A DNA stretch of 64,000 nt, taken from the NCBI GenBank assembly GCA_014803485.1, contig JAAVBQ010000035.1, forward strand, positions 7,428-71,427, in the 5' to 3' direction. Both the position numbers and the translations under genes were made by a program. Positions 1 to 15,000 of this stretch are shown piece after piece (the stretch's first letter is position 1; the number at the start of each line of letters is the position of its first letter). Source of the DNA: a bacterium. GTDB taxonomy: Bacteria > Bacteroidota > Bacteroidia > Bacteroidales > P3. The notes under the pieces were generated by a model. That model worked only from the letters and a program-made list of their open reading frames with translations. It was not told the origin of the DNA and searched no databases.

Positions 1-3000
1 CCGGTATCCACAATCTGCGGGAAGTAGGCATACGTGTCGGGTTCGTAGCATATCGTGGTGTCGTGGCTGGAGAGGTCTATATCCGCAGCCTGACATACCA
101 CCACCTCAAGATCCGTTTCAACTTCGCAACCGCCCAGCACACTGCGCAGGAGCACAGATACGGTATCGGTGCGGTTGAACGCCTTCAAATAGGTGGAGCG
201 GACGGGCCTGTACATCGAGTCGCCGGGCCAGAACACTTCATACTGGGCGTTCTGATCGCGGAACACGATAGTGACAGTTTCGCCGGGACACATATCGGTA
301 GCCCTCTCGATGGGGTAAGACAGCGAGAGATACTTGCTCGGGTCGGCGTAGGAACCTACCCACAAGGTGGAAGGTTCGTGATAGAGAGTATCGTGGTTGG
401 GCGTGATATAGGCCACGCGGTAGCTGCCCGCACGGTTGTCGAGGAATTCCTTCACAAGCGAGTCGGCCGAGGTGATGTTCTGCGTGGTGGCGGCCGCAAA
501 CTTGCTGTCGGCACTGTATTGGAAGAACCAGCCGCCGGCGTTGCGCAGCGAAATGCTGTCGATGACGAGGCTGTAGAGCACCGTATCGTCGGGACAGATG
601 GTGTCGCGCTTGGGCGTGAGTTCGGCATCGCAGCTGGAAACCACATAGACGAACTTGTTGGGCTTGCCTGTGCAGAGACCCGCCGATTCAACGGCCCAGA
701 ACTCGTATACGCCTACGTTGTCGAGGAAACGACGTTCGGGCACGTAACTATGGCTCGTGGCATATTCGGGACTGCGTTTGAGCAGCTTGGTCATGGCCGA
801 ATCCTCATACCAATAGATGTAGCCCAGACCCAAAGCACTGTCGGCCGTCTGCGCGGGGAAGAGGTCTATCTTGCCGTTGCAGGCGTAGATGGTGTCGACA
901 AGGAACGAAAGCTTGCCAAAGTCAATGTCGGGCTGGTTCTGTACGTATACAGGCAGCATGGGGTCGGAGGAGCAACCATCGTCGGCCTTCACACCCACAT
1001 AGTAGCGACCCTCGGCTAGGTTGCCGAAGAAGGATTCCGTATGCCATGTGCGGCCACTGTCGATGGTATACAGCAGATTGTAGGCCAACTGGCTGGCGCT
1101 CGGCGTGATGGCGATGTAGGTGGAATCGTTGGGCATGCAGGCGATGTGGTTGTGAACCTCCACCTGATGTGCCTGGAGCGGTTCGGGCTTCTCACCCACG
1201 GTAAAGGTGGCCGTATCGCTATAGACACTGTTGCTTATCACGCACTTGTTATCGGCAAACGAAGCCAAGGCGTAGAAGCGGTCGTTATTGAGCAAGTTGT
1301 TCTCGATGATACTGTCTCCACTGCCTATGTAGGTAACGGACTTGTTGCGGATGCGGTACCAACGGATAACGAGTTCGCCGGCAACGGGTTCTCTGCCGTT
1401 CACGCGGGCCATGGCGCGAATCACAGCCCTGTCGTTCTCGCAGAGAGAACGTTTCTGGAGGGTGTCGATGCGAACACTCAGCGTATCGGGCGCGTTGATC
1501 GTGAAGACGAGGCTGTCGCTCATCACGATACCGTCCGGGTCGCAGTATTTCTTGGTCTGCGCCAGCGTGTCGGTGACAGTGAACTTCACGGTGTAGACAC
1601 CGGGTTGTGCGTCGGCGATACTCATGCTGGCCGTGTTGGGGTTGGGCACGATAATGCTGCCATCGTTGCTCAACAACGGCGGGTTCACCGTCCAAGAGGT
1701 CTGATAGGGTCCGAAGAGTCCGCCGCCGGTCACCAGACCTTGGAAGGTGGCCTTTTCGTTGACGCATACGCTTTCAGAACCCTGCAACTTAACATCAACA
1801 ATGCAGGTGTCGTTCACTTTTACCAATACCGTAGCCTTGCCCTCGCAACTGAAGCTATCGGTAGCCTTCACCGTAAAGATACGGGTGGAGGCCAGAGGCT
1901 TGGTCCAGGTGTCGGCCAGAGTGGCGTCCGCAACCAAGGAAGCATCCGTCCAGCTATAGGAGATGCTGCCCGTGCCTTCGGTGGCCAAAGCGTGCAGCAT
2001 GGCCACGTCGTTCTTCTTGATCATGGTGTCGGCCCAAGCCTTCACCTTCACGGGACGATGGAAGCGAACAGTGATGGTGTCGCTGATATTCATTCTGTTC
2101 ACGCACACGCTATTGCCGTAGAGCACACCGATAACCTTGTCGCCGTTGTGAACCGTATAGCTACGCTTATGGTCGTTGCCGTCCCATTCGAGCACGCCGC
2201 CACCGTTCTGCTTCCAAGCCACACCGTAGCCCGGGGTAACACGCGCCTCGTAGGTGGGATATATATGACAGGCGGTGGTGCAGAAGTCACTCTCGCCCAA
2301 GATGTCGAGGGTGGGAGGATTGAGGTGGGCCGTGTCTACGTTGAGCGAGAGCGCGGGCGTGTAAACGGTGTTGCAGAGTTCGTCGCGCAAGGTGTCGGCC
2401 ATTACAGCGGCACGGAAGCGAACATTGTTGCTGGCGTCGAGGTCGAAGCCGGCAGGCTTAATCTTCAACGTGCTACCCGTGCGGTCTTGAACCATGGTGT
2501 AGCGACTGCCGCTCACCTCGGCCCAGCTGTTGCCACCGTCGGTACTTATCTGCCACATATAGATGTTGGACGCAGGCTTGTAGCCGGCCATATCCACACG
2601 CAGCAGGGCACTGTCGCCGGCGCAAACCGCATCGGGAACGCTATAGTTGCGCAAGGTAGGACATTCATATACATCCACTTCCACAGTGTCTACGTTCGAC
2701 TTGCAACCATAGGCGCTATAGGCCGTCAGGAAGTAGAACGTGGTGGTGTTGGCCGTTATCTGCGTATTGAGGCTGGTGCGGCCGGGCACCTGACCCTGCG
2801 TGGAAGTCCACTGTACGGTGGTGGGCTTGTCGGCTTCGCGGAGCAACTTGCCGTGGAGCATCACCTTGCTTCCGGCAATCACCTCGGTGTCGGCCCAGGC
2901 CTCCACTTGCGGAACTTGGAGCAATCTCACCTTGATGGTCTTGGAAACATTGCCCGTGCTGTCCAGACAGTAGCCGGTGAGGCTGGGATGAGCCACCGCA

Positions 3001-6000
3001 TACACACTCACCGTGGTGTCGGGCGTAATCGTATAGCTGTCGCCGGCGGCGGTGAGGCTGCCGTTAACATACCAATCAATCTTGTAACCGCCGCCGTTCA
3101 CCACCTTGGTGTTGAACGTAACCGCCGTGTTCGGGCAAACCGCCGTATCCTTGGCACGCGCCAGGAACATATCGAATTCGAGCTTGCGGTTCTCCTTGAG
3201 GCTGATATTCAGACGATGACTCAAGGTGGGGTTGCCCTCGCGGTAGAGCGCGCAGGCGGCAGCGGGCAGAACAGCCTCCACATGAGCGTAGTCGCCGTTC
3301 TTCACGTTGTTGTAGAGACGGGTATTGGAAGTCGTGTTGCTTTCCACGAGTGCACCGTTCAGATACCAGTTGTAGCGCAGGTCGCTTGCCTTGAGCGTGC
3401 CGTCGCCCACCTTGTCGAGGTTGTAGGCATGGGCGGTGAGCGTGATGCCTTCGCCCTCGCAGATGGCCTCATCGTCGCGGGTGAGGGTCAGGAAGAACGG
3501 AGTGTTGGGCGCAGCCGGGCCACCGACAACCAAAGTGTCGTAGGCATAGAGAGTATCGCACCTGTTCACACCCATAGCCGTCACCGTCACCGTATCACCG
3601 CTCTTCAAGTTTACCTTCTCGTAGTCGAAGGTAGGAGCCGTGCTGAAGACGTTGCCGCCCGTTTTCCAAACATAGGAAACGTTGCCGCTTACAGGACCGA
3701 ACTGCGATTCCACAAATACCTTGGCCGCCGCAGTGCTGCCATACATAATCGGGTTGATTACGTCGCCCGAACGGAACGAAGCCACCGCGTAGTTCACCTT
3801 GAGGCCGTAGCCGCCGGCAGGTTCGTTCATACGGTAAACCTCACGGTGCGTGCCGTTCTGGTCTACATAGAAGATAACCTGCTTGTGTTCGCGTACAATC
3901 GTGAATACATCGCCCACGCTGTAGCTGCCCGCCGCACTGTAGGTAACGGGGCTGCCCTCGTTGTAGACAGTGAACGAACCGTTGGTGAGGTAGAACGCAT
4001 AGTCGAGCGCGGTGTTGCGGTCGTTTTCGTAGTTGAAGCCCACCAGAACCGCAAGTTCCTTACCCGTAGCCACATAGCGCATCGTGCTGTTGGCCAAGCC
4101 GTAGGCCGTGGTGGGTGCATAAGGATAGTTATTGCAGTGAACGTGGCTGAGCAACTTGCTGCCTGCATCGTATCTCCAGTGCATGGAGTTGAGCGACGTC
4201 CATTCAGCCTGTCTGAGAGGCTCTACGGTGCACAACGTGCTGTCGGGCTGGTGCAGTTTCACCGTAAGGGTGTTGAGCGGCAATACCGTAACCTTGGTGC
4301 TGTCGTAGTAGTTGCAGAAGGTGTTGAGGATTTCCGCATGCAGGAAATACGTGCGGGTGGTGTCCACCACACCCTTCCAACGGAACGTGTTGGTGCTGTC
4401 CTCAACCACGGCCAGAGTATCGAGCGGATAGCGTCCCGAAGGCCGAGCCACGAGGGTGTAGAGGATGTGCGGAATATCGGAACCGATAGCCGACGAAATG
4501 GCAACCACCTTGTTCTCGTAGAAGAGGGTATCGTCGTGGCAGATGGTCTGGTCGGGCGTGCGTTTGGCCAAAGCGTAGGCCGCGCAACGGGTAAGACGGA
4601 TTACCATGCTGTCGGTGGCGTCGCAACCGAAGCGGCTCGAAACATGCAGGTAGAGGACAATGCTGTCCGACTTGCGGTCTTTATTGCCGAGGATATAGGT
4701 AGGATGCAGCACACCCGCGTTCACGAAATAACCGTCGCCGCTTGTGCTCCATTCAATCTTGTCGCCACGGACGCTGTCGTGGAACAAGGTAACGTTCTTG
4801 TTCGATTCGATGGACGTGTCGGGACCCGCATCGGCGTAGACCGCAAAGAAGTTGAGGCCAACCGTGTCGAAATCCACAGTAACGGCGACACACTTATAAC
4901 TGCTCACAGCCTTCACCGCAAGCGTGTGCGCAGCGCTCGTATCCATAGCATCAACCAGATGGTTGAACGCCGTGCCGTTGTTGCCGGCCACCACCGTATC
5001 GTCGAGATACCATTCTATGGCGGGAAGAGCCTTGTCGAACACAGGATGACGGCCTTCCACCTTAAGGTCGGCGTGCATGAACACTCTGCCGTCGGGATAA
5101 ACGCAAGCCGTAACCGGCGAAGGATCGATGCGGACGTTCAACGTATCGATAGGCATCACCAGAATAGTGGTGTCGGCGCTCTTCACGCTGTCGAAGCCAC
5201 AATTCATCTCCCTTCTCACATAGCAGAACACGTTATAGTAGAACGTGCCGTCGCTTACATAATCTTCCAGACGGATGGAAGTTGTGTCGGTGAGCGCCAC
5301 AGGCTTGTTGTTGACATACCAGCGATAGGAGTAAATCACGGTATCGTCGGGATTGTCCACCACCTTCACGGCTATGCCAAGCGTGTCGCCGGCGCAGATA
5401 GTGTCATTGCCGCTCAGCAGCATCGAACCCGTAGGCTTCACGTGACGGCGCAAGGGGAAGAGAGCCGTATCGCTGGCACGTTCCAGACCGCATTCAAACG
5501 GCAAGGAAACCACAGCGTAAATCGTATCGAGATCTACAAAGTCGTTGGTTATAAGAACCGTATCATTGGCGTTGGTGGAACGTCTCAGCAGTTTTCCATT
5601 CTTATACCAAGCCAAGGTAACGGGATGGTTTTCGTTCTGCATGTAGCTGAACGAAAGCGTATCTCTCTCGCCCGGGCAGGAGTATTTGGGCAATACACGC
5701 GCCGTGTGCGTCACCACAATACCAAGGGTATCGAGAACATTGATAACCATGGTGTCGGTTACCGTACAGCCGCTCGACTTGTTCGACATGGCGGCCACCA
5801 TCTTACCCGTGGAGAGCAGAGCGTAGTCTATGGCGTTCTCGTGCGTGGAAACGGGACTGTAGGCCTCGCCCTTGTCGGGAATGAACGTCCACGAAGTATG
5901 ATAGGTCTTATCGGTGGCCGAATCGGGTTTGGCACCCTTGGCGATGCTCAGGTATACCGTATCGGGATAGCAAACGTTGATATCCTTGCCGAGGTCGGGC

Positions 6001-9000
6001 TTCGGAAGCTCGTTCACAATCACATCCACACGCTTAAAGTCGGTGCAGGAGGTGTTGACGGTTCCGAATACACGATACGAAGCCGTTTCGAGAGGCAGAT
6101 AGTGGATGCTGCTGTCGCGGCTTTGTGCCTGCGAGAAGTAGCGAACCGGCTCCCATCTGTAGGATTCGGCACCGGTAGCGCCGATGGTGGCGCTGTCGCC
6201 ACGGCATACAAATACGGTGTCGGCCACAGTCTGCAGGAAGTCTTTCGGTGTGGACACACGAACCATAATCTCTTGAGACATGGCCGAAGGAACATCCACG
6301 CAATAGTCGTTGGTCTTGGCAAAGAGTTTCACCACATCGCCGTCCTCGAAAGCGTAGTTGTGTTCACGGAGCGTATCGTTGCCGTTACCGAATTCAAACG
6401 GCTTGTTGTTCACATACCACGTATAGGTGGGCTTGTTGACGGGAGGAGCCACAATCCGCGAAGCGAACATCACGTCGCTCTTATGGTAAACGATGCGGAC
6501 ATCGAGCAGCTTGGGATCCTGATGGTGCGTGGACTCCGGAGAAGCGGGGCACCAATGCGTATAGAGAGCATAGCCGCCGCGATATACGAAGGCCGTAGCC
6601 GGAACCTTCGAGGTGTAGAATACCGTGCCGTTCTTGATATAGCGGACGTTATTGGCAAGAACTTCCACTTCGAACACATCGCCTGCCACATATTTTCCGA
6701 ACGAACCTATGTTGACACCCTTTTCATAAACCTGCAACGTGCCGTAATTCAGATAGATGGCATAGTCAATCTCGCCGTAGTTCGTCACTCTCTCCTTGCT
6801 GGTGAGACCGAACATCTGATAGTAGGAAGCATGGGCCGCCGTGGCCTTCACCACACCGTTGCCGCCGGTAATAACCTGCTGCGAAACCGCACCGCTGTTG
6901 GTCCAGTTGCTCGTGTAGCTGCCGCTGCAGACAGTGGCCAGATAGCCGTCGCGGTATACGTAGTTGGTCGATGTAACCTGCGTAAAGCGAACAAGTTCCT
7001 CCACAATGCTCTGACATTCGAGCGTTCCTATCTGTTCGATATAAGCGTTGAAGTGCTTGCGCGGACGCACGTAGATGGTGTCGTTATCTTCCACAACATT
7101 GCCAGGCACGGCGCACTGATGCTTGGTCTCCAAACGGGCCACCAAGTTGCGCATGTTCACCGCCGTATCGCTGTTGGCCTGCAACTCGTCGTAGGCAATG
7201 CGCAAGGTATTGGGCGTACCGATAACGGTTCCGTCGAGCATCCAAGTAAAGGCATAATCCTTACCCGCGTCTTCGATAGCCGCCACGAAAGTAACCGGCG
7301 CATATTCGCAGATGGTGTCGCCCCATGCAGGATATTCGTTGATAATCTGCGTGATGGTGACTTTAGGCCTATGCATCGGGTAGGTCTGGAACGTGAGGGT
7401 GTTACTTTGTTTGGGCGAAGCCTTGATGCAAGTATCACCCGCAAAGTAAACGCAATATACTTGGTCGCCCGCAGCAAAAGTGCTTACAAGGGAGTCGCCC
7501 GTATGAACATTTTCGAAGCGTGCGTTCGCGCCGCTGTCCACACGTTTCACGAACCATACATAGGTACCGCTGTCGTAGGAAGGCGTATGCGCCTGGAAGA
7601 TTACCGCCTCTTCGTCGGGACATACCTGCAAGCCCTTGTTGCTATTGATGTTGACATCGGCTTCGGGCATCTTGGTATAGCGTACGTACATCGATTGGCT
7701 CTTTACGGTACGCTGCGTTACGCACATCTTGGACGAAGTCATCTCGGCATATACGGTGGAGCGGTCGAGCATACCCGCATAGGCATCGCTGAACAACGAA
7801 TCCGTGCCGGCTACATAATTGTTGAAGTACCACTTGAACGTGGGCTTGTCGCCACCGCTTACAATGCTGTCGGGAACAAAGAAATGTCTTTGCTTGGTGC
7901 ACTCCACAATATTGGCGGTATCGCCCATCTTATCGCCGTTGTAGTCGATAACAAACGACGGCGTGGTGGTGGTTTCGGTTTCCACACGGATGGTGTCGGT
8001 ATAGGTGCATCCACGCAGGGTGTGTACCGAATAGATATAGTAGGTGAGCGAATCCTCGGGTTTCACACGAACCGTGTTCGTGGTGGCCTCACGGACATTC
8101 AACGTCTTTGTGGTGCCGGGAACTTCATCGTGAACGGCGCTTTCCGTCCATTGATAGGTATTGCCTCGGCTCGGCTGAACGCTTATACTCAATGCAATGG
8201 TGGTGCCGTGGCAAATCAGGGTGTCGGGCGTAGCCGTTACCGTGGGTTCGGGCGAAAGTTTCACACTGTCGCTGAAGAAGCAGTTATGGCGGTCTATGCC
8301 ATAGAAGGTATAGATGGTGACCTCGGAGGGACCCACCTTCACGCTGTTCGTGTTGGTGGTGTCGAGAACCCTCGTCACGGAGTCGGATTCGGCACGGTAG
8401 AACCAGCTATACTTCACGCCACCGTCGGCACGGAGCATCACGGAATCCCTGCGGCAGAACACCGAATCGGCGAGAGGCGAAACAAAGTGCGCCTCGGGCA
8501 GGTAGATGGTGGGCTTGAGAGTGTCGCTCAAGGCCAGACGCGTGGTGACGCAGCCGATAGACGAAGCCAGACCGGCCCAAACGCTGTCGCCGGGAAGGAG
8601 CGTGCTGATATGCAACACCTTGCCACCCTGTTCGGTATAGGCCAAGGTTTCACCACCCTTCTCTACCGGCGTCTTGAGAAGCTTGCCGTTCACATACCAG
8701 TAGAAGGTGGGGGCATTGCCCGCGTTGAGCGTGGAGTCTACGGTAAAGGTGAGGAAGTTGTCCACGCAGGTGGCCATAGTGTCCACACTGATATGAACGG
8801 TAACCTCACGCGGCGTGGTGGGCGTAATCTCAAACAAATCGGTGGTATCGGGCACACAATTGTACTTCTGACCGATTACACGATAGAAATACGTTCTCTT
8901 GGCAGGATCCGAAATATAGTTCGGCGTGCCGTCGCCCACGTTCACAAAAGCCGAGTCGGGATGAACCGCCCTCTGCCATTGATACTTATCCATTTCGATG

Positions 9001-12000
9001 TTCGAAACCGACAGGCTGAATACCGAATCGAAGCAAACATAGTTCTCGCCGATAATGCGGCCGATGTGGGTGCCGGGATAAACATTCACCGTATATACAT
9101 TGCTGTAGTACGGACAGCCATCGCTGTAAACCACACGGCGGAAGCGGCGCGTGGAATCTATGCAGTTGCGCCAAATGTAATCCTCGTCGGTGGCGTCGTC
9201 GGGACAAACCTTATAGCTGCCACCGTTGGTGCTGTATTCCCAACTATAGGTATAGGTGCCGTTGCCGCCCGCAGTAACGGTGTTACCCTGCAGCATCACG
9301 CTGTCTATTTCGGGACAAAGCGTTTCCGTGGGACCGTTCACGGTATTGGTAGGCGGCGTATATACTTTAACCTTCAACTGAGGAGTTGCCGTGTCGAAGC
9401 AAACTCCGTTGCCCACCAAGGCACGATAGAGATAGGTGGTCTTGGTGCCGGCAATGTTGATGGTGGTGTCTGTGCCGTCGAGCGTATTCCAAACCACACC
9501 GTTTACGGAACGTTCCCACTTGATGCGGTCGCCGAAATGGTTGTTGAGCGTGAGCATGAACGCCGTGTCGGGACACATGGTGGTGTCGGGCGTGGTGATG
9601 TAGCCGGGAACGGCACGCTGGTGAACCACTACGCGCGGATAGCGTACCAAAGTGTCGGAAGCATTCGCCGCACCCTCGGTTACATTGATTACCGTAACCT
9701 TGCAGAACGTGGTCTGCAACGGCAACAAGCGGATTTCGGGCCTGTCGCTCACCACAGTGCCTGCGGGAACTTCCCAAATGTATTTGTAGACACCGCTGCC
9801 GCCCTCGGGACGCGCCGTAAAGCTTACGCTGTCGCCCACGCAGATGGTGTCGCGGTAGTCGTTCAAGGTAATGTCGAAAGGCTTGATGGTATCCAGACGG
9901 AACGGACCACCCAATACCTTCACCGTTACATCGTCCTGAGCCGTACAACCTACCGAATCCACCACCTTGAGGTCGAATACCGTGGTGTAGGTGAGACGCG
10001 AAGTCTGCATAATCAGCTGCGTCTTATCGGCATTGAGCGCGTTGTTGGTGCCACTCTTCACCCACGAATACGAATAGGGTTCGGTGCCGCTCTTCACCCA
10101 CGCTTCCATACCCAAGATAACACGCTCGCCATACTGAACGCTGTCGTCCGGACCGGCATAAACCACAGGCGAGGGATTCGCCTTCAAAACCACCGAGTCG
10201 GAGGAGTAGCGCGTGGGAGGACAATGATTTTCGAAAGCATCCACCTCTACCCTATAGGTGTAGGTGCCGGGAACGGTATCGTGAATGGACAAAACGGTTC
10301 CGTTGGCGCTGTCGATGGCCACACCGTTCCTATACCATTGCAACACAACGGGAACATCGGGATTCGACAGTTTAACCTTCAATACCTGCGGGTTGGCGGT
10401 GCAATAGAGGTTGAAATCCTTTTCAATCTTAACAGCGGTGCCGATTTCGTCATACACATCCACTTTCTGAACGTTGCTGATGAACGGACAACCGTCGCTG
10501 TATACAATCCGGCGGAAGTAGCGCGTGGTGTCGATGCGGTTCGTCCACGTGTAGTTTACGCCATCGGCCTCGTTGGGGCAAGACAGATATTTCTCGCCGT
10601 CGAGACTGTATTCCCACTTATAGGTGTAGATGCCGTTGCCGCCCTCGGTAACCACATTGCCCGTAAGAGCCACAGCTTCCGTTTCGGGGCAGAGGGTGTC
10701 TACAGGGCCGCTGATGGTATCGATAGGCGAAGCGTAAATACGAACCCTCAATGCAGGCGAAGCCTCGTTGGGACAAACGCCGTTGCCCACCAGGGTACGA
10801 TAGTAGTAGGTTTCGGTAGAACCGGAAATGTTGATGGAAGCCGTGCTGCCGATGAGCGTATCCCAAGCCATGCCGTCGGCGGAGCGTTGCCACATGATGC
10901 GGTCTCCCTTGTAATCACGGAGCGTGAGACGGAACATCGAATCGGGACACATGGTAGTGTCGGGCGTGGTGACGAGGCCGGGCACGGCACGCTGATGAAC
11001 CACCACGCGCGGATAGCGAACCAAAGTATCGGAAGCCATGGGCGTGCCCTTGGTGAGGTTGATCACCGTAACCTTGCACTGGGTGGTGGCCGTGGGCAGG
11101 ATGCGGATTTCATCCTTGTCGCTTATCACGGTGCCTATAGGCAATTCCCAAATATATTGATACTTGCCGCTACCACCCTCGGGAAGCGCCTCAAAGCTTA
11201 CGCTGTCGCCCACGCAGATAATGTCTGCATATTCATCGAGCGTGATATCGAACGGACGAATCGTATCCAAGGTGAAAGGTCCGCCCACAACCGTCACTTT
11301 CACATCATCCTTAGCCTCGCAACCCACAGAATCCTTCACCTTGAGTTCGAAGACGGTGGTGTTGACAAGACGCGGCGAAGCGGCCGTAAGAACCGTGGTA
11401 TCGGTATTGATAGGCGTGCTCTCACCCCTCTTCACCCACGTATAGCCATAGGGCTGAACACCGTCGGAAACCGTGGCGTCGGTGCCGAGCGTAATGCTCT
11501 CGTTGTAGTCTACCAGCGTATCCATGCCCGCATATACCTTGGGCAAGGCATAGGTTCTCAGAACCAACGTATCGTAGGTGACACGCGGCAGCGGGCAACG
11601 GTTGCGCGCTTCGGCACGTATGATATAGGTGCTGGTGCCTACCGTATCGTTTTGGATGCTCAGCGTGGCGGTGGTATCGCCTTCCAGAGTCTCGCCATCC
11701 TTAAACCACTGCAAGCCAACGGGAACCGAAGTATTCGACAATACCGCCTTGAGCGTCTTGGCATCGCCGGCGCAGTAGAAGGTAAAGTCTTTGTCGATGC
11801 TTACGTAGCTGGAAGGATCGGCCACCGTGGTGATGTTGAACTTATAGATGCGCGTGCAACCGCCTTCGAGTTCCACTCTCACGGAAACCGACTGAACACT
11901 GTTGGGTTTGCCCGCACGCACGCGATAGGTGGAAGCGGTGCTGCTGTCGGGCCACAGATACTTAACCCCGCCGGCAACGGTAATGTCGATGGAATCGCCC

Positions 12001-15000
12001 TGACAAACCGTAGTGTCTATAACGGGAACGAACGTGGAGGGACGAACCTTGAAGTCGTAGTCGGTGGCGCAAACCACACCGTTGTTATCCTTCACGGCGT
12101 GAACCGTATAAACCTCGGCTTCTTCGGTAACGGTCACCACAACCGTATCGCCCTTGCCAATCTCCACGCCATCTTTCGACCAAGTGTAGGCCACGGAAGC
12201 ATCTTGACGGGCCCTGATGGTGATATCGGTATTGAGACAGCCTTCGTTGATGGCCGGAACGCCCGTATTGATCTTAGGCAGAACGGTAACGGTTACGCGA
12301 ACCGGCTTGCTTTCGCACTCACCGCCTCTTTCGGTGGCCGAAATCACGTTCTTGCCCACACCGAGCGAACTGATATTGCAGGTGTCGCCCTGGGCCATTT
12401 CGGTGGTGAGCGTGTAATCGCGATACCAAACGATAGAGCCACCGCCCGCAGGCTTAGCCTCGAGAGGCTTGCGCGGCGCATCGTAGCAATAGATGGTGTC
12501 GTTGCTGAGCATCTTGGGTCCTTCGGGCGTATCGTCCGCATAGAACTCGAGCGTATCCCTGCTCACACAGCCCGCCGCCGAAAGCACACTCAATATATAG
12601 GTACCGTTGGGCAGGTCTACAAAGTCGGAGGAATTGCCATAGTTGGCAGGATCCTCAATAGAATAGGTAAGCGTGGTGTCGCCCTTGGCACGGATGCCTA
12701 TGATACCGTCGCTTTCACCGCAAGACGAAGGCACAATCGCCTCGATGCTCGTGAATTCGGGAGCCGCGCCCACAAATACCCAAACACGCACGGTGGCACT
12801 CTTGCAGTTGTTCTGAATCTGATAGAGATAGTAGGTATATACACCCGGCACGGAGGGGAACGCCATGGAGTCGCCCGTGTGAACCTGCTTGGTGCACTGC
12901 ATATCGGTGAACCAACGGATTTCCGCCTTCTTGGTGTTCGGGTCGAGCACGAGATATTCGGGCAGCGTATCCTGAACGCAATACATACCCGCGTTGGTAA
13001 CCGCAGGAGCCACAGGCCCGTTGGGATCGCGCAGACTTATGTAGACAGGATTGCTCTTGCAGGAATAGATGTCGGTTACCTGAGCCGAATACATACCCGC
13101 GCTCAAGTTCTCGAACAAAGTCTGCGAACCCTTATCCACATTGTTGAACGTATAGGTGTAGGGAGCCGTGCCCTTGTTTCCGGAAAGCGTGATGCTACCC
13201 TCATCGCCACCGCAAGTGGCGGGATGATTATAGGTGTAGGAAAGCGTGGGCTGAGGCTGAACACCCAAGTTTATGATTTCCGAAGGAATGGGAATAACCT
13301 CCACGCACGAAGCAATCAAGCCCGTGGGCGTCATAAAGGCCTGAACCTTTTCGCCCGGGGTAATGTTGGGTATCGTGAAGAGGGTGTCGCGCGTCTGGAA
13401 AGTACGCTTGCCGGCCGTGCCGCCGCTGAGTTGGATGCTGAACGCCTTGAGGGCGGAAGCCGAAACATTGGTATACAACTTGATGCGGGCCGGATCGTTG
13501 ACACAACGCGGCGTGTCTACCAACGAAATCGAGAAGATTACCGAATCGAGCACATGGAGCGTAACGGGCGCGGTGGTGTCGGAAGGCATACAACGGCTGC
13601 TCACCGCTATCAAACGATACTGGTCGCCCTCTTCAACCTTCTCCACATAGTTAACCGTGAGGTTGGCCGAATTGAGACCCTCGTATTTGCCTGCGGGCGC
13701 CTTATAGGAAGCCAACTGCCATTCGCCCACGCCACCGGTGCGTTTCTCCCATATATAGGTGAGGTCGTAGCCCCTTGTGTTGGTGGTGATGCGGGTGGAA
13801 CCGTTCAGACACGCATATACATCCGAAGCCGTAGCCGTGGTGCTGGTGGCGGGATGGATGTTCACCCTCACGTTTTTCGGCGTGGTGCAACCCTCCATCG
13901 AAACCAAGGTAACCGTATAGGTGGTGCTTACGGCAGGCGATACCCAAACCGTATCGGTTTCGGACTTGGCGCCGGCGCCGGCCACCACATAGGTCTGCGG
14001 CGTCCAGTAGAGACTATCCACACGAGTACCCGTGGCAAACAGAGCTACCGTGTCGCCGGGACATATCGAAGTGTCGCGCGTAATGGTGGTGAACTTGGGC
14101 GAACCGTCGGGCCACAACACCAAGGTATCGGTGAGGACGGGATTCACAATCGGGCACTTGTTGGCCACGGTTACGGCGCAGAACAGACGGGCACCGTTGT
14201 ATACCGTATTGCCCCTGCCCCTGTAGGTGGCGCTGCCCTCGAAGTTCCGCACGGCCTTGAACGTCTTGGCGGCGGTATCTTCCACATACCAAGTATAGTT
14301 CTTGATGCCTTCCACGGTGGAGTCGGGCTTCACACCTATATTAAAGTATTCCGAAGGCGTGCAAAGCACGGTGTCGCCCGTAAGGGTGGCGTGGCTCAAC
14401 ACAAGACCAATCACCTTAACCGTGATCTCCTTGTATACGGTATCCACACCGTCGTCTACGGTGAGCGTGTAGACCGTGGTGCCCACGGGGCTGTTCTTCA
14501 TGCACAGAACCGAGGTGTCGACCGTAGCGAAATAGGGGTTGGCCGGCGTGGTATCCACCGGATTCATGGTCCATACGTGGTGATACATCTCGCTGCCGCC
14601 CACCGGCTTGCCGCTGATGCAGAGGCTGTCGTTCTCGCAGATTTCAATATACTGCTTAACGAGCGTGCCCGCACCAATCTTGCCGTCTATGCCCAGCGGA
14701 CCGCCCTTGCAGGTAACCAACACCGTATCGCGGGTGGTACATCCGTGGATGTTGGTACCCGAAAGCACATATTCCACATTGGCCTTGATGATGCCCGTCT
14801 TGGCCTCGAGGCTGTCGGAAACACCCTTGATGCCCGACAACGGAGCCCACGAATACACCATGGTGTCGTTGGCCAAGGTATCTTGGTTCGCCGCCACAAG
14901 CTTGCCGTGCAACTGACCCGTGGTATTGTATTGAATGGTGGTGTCCTTACCCGCATTCACCACAGGATGCTTATGCGCCGCCGTAACAAGGATGTTAGAA

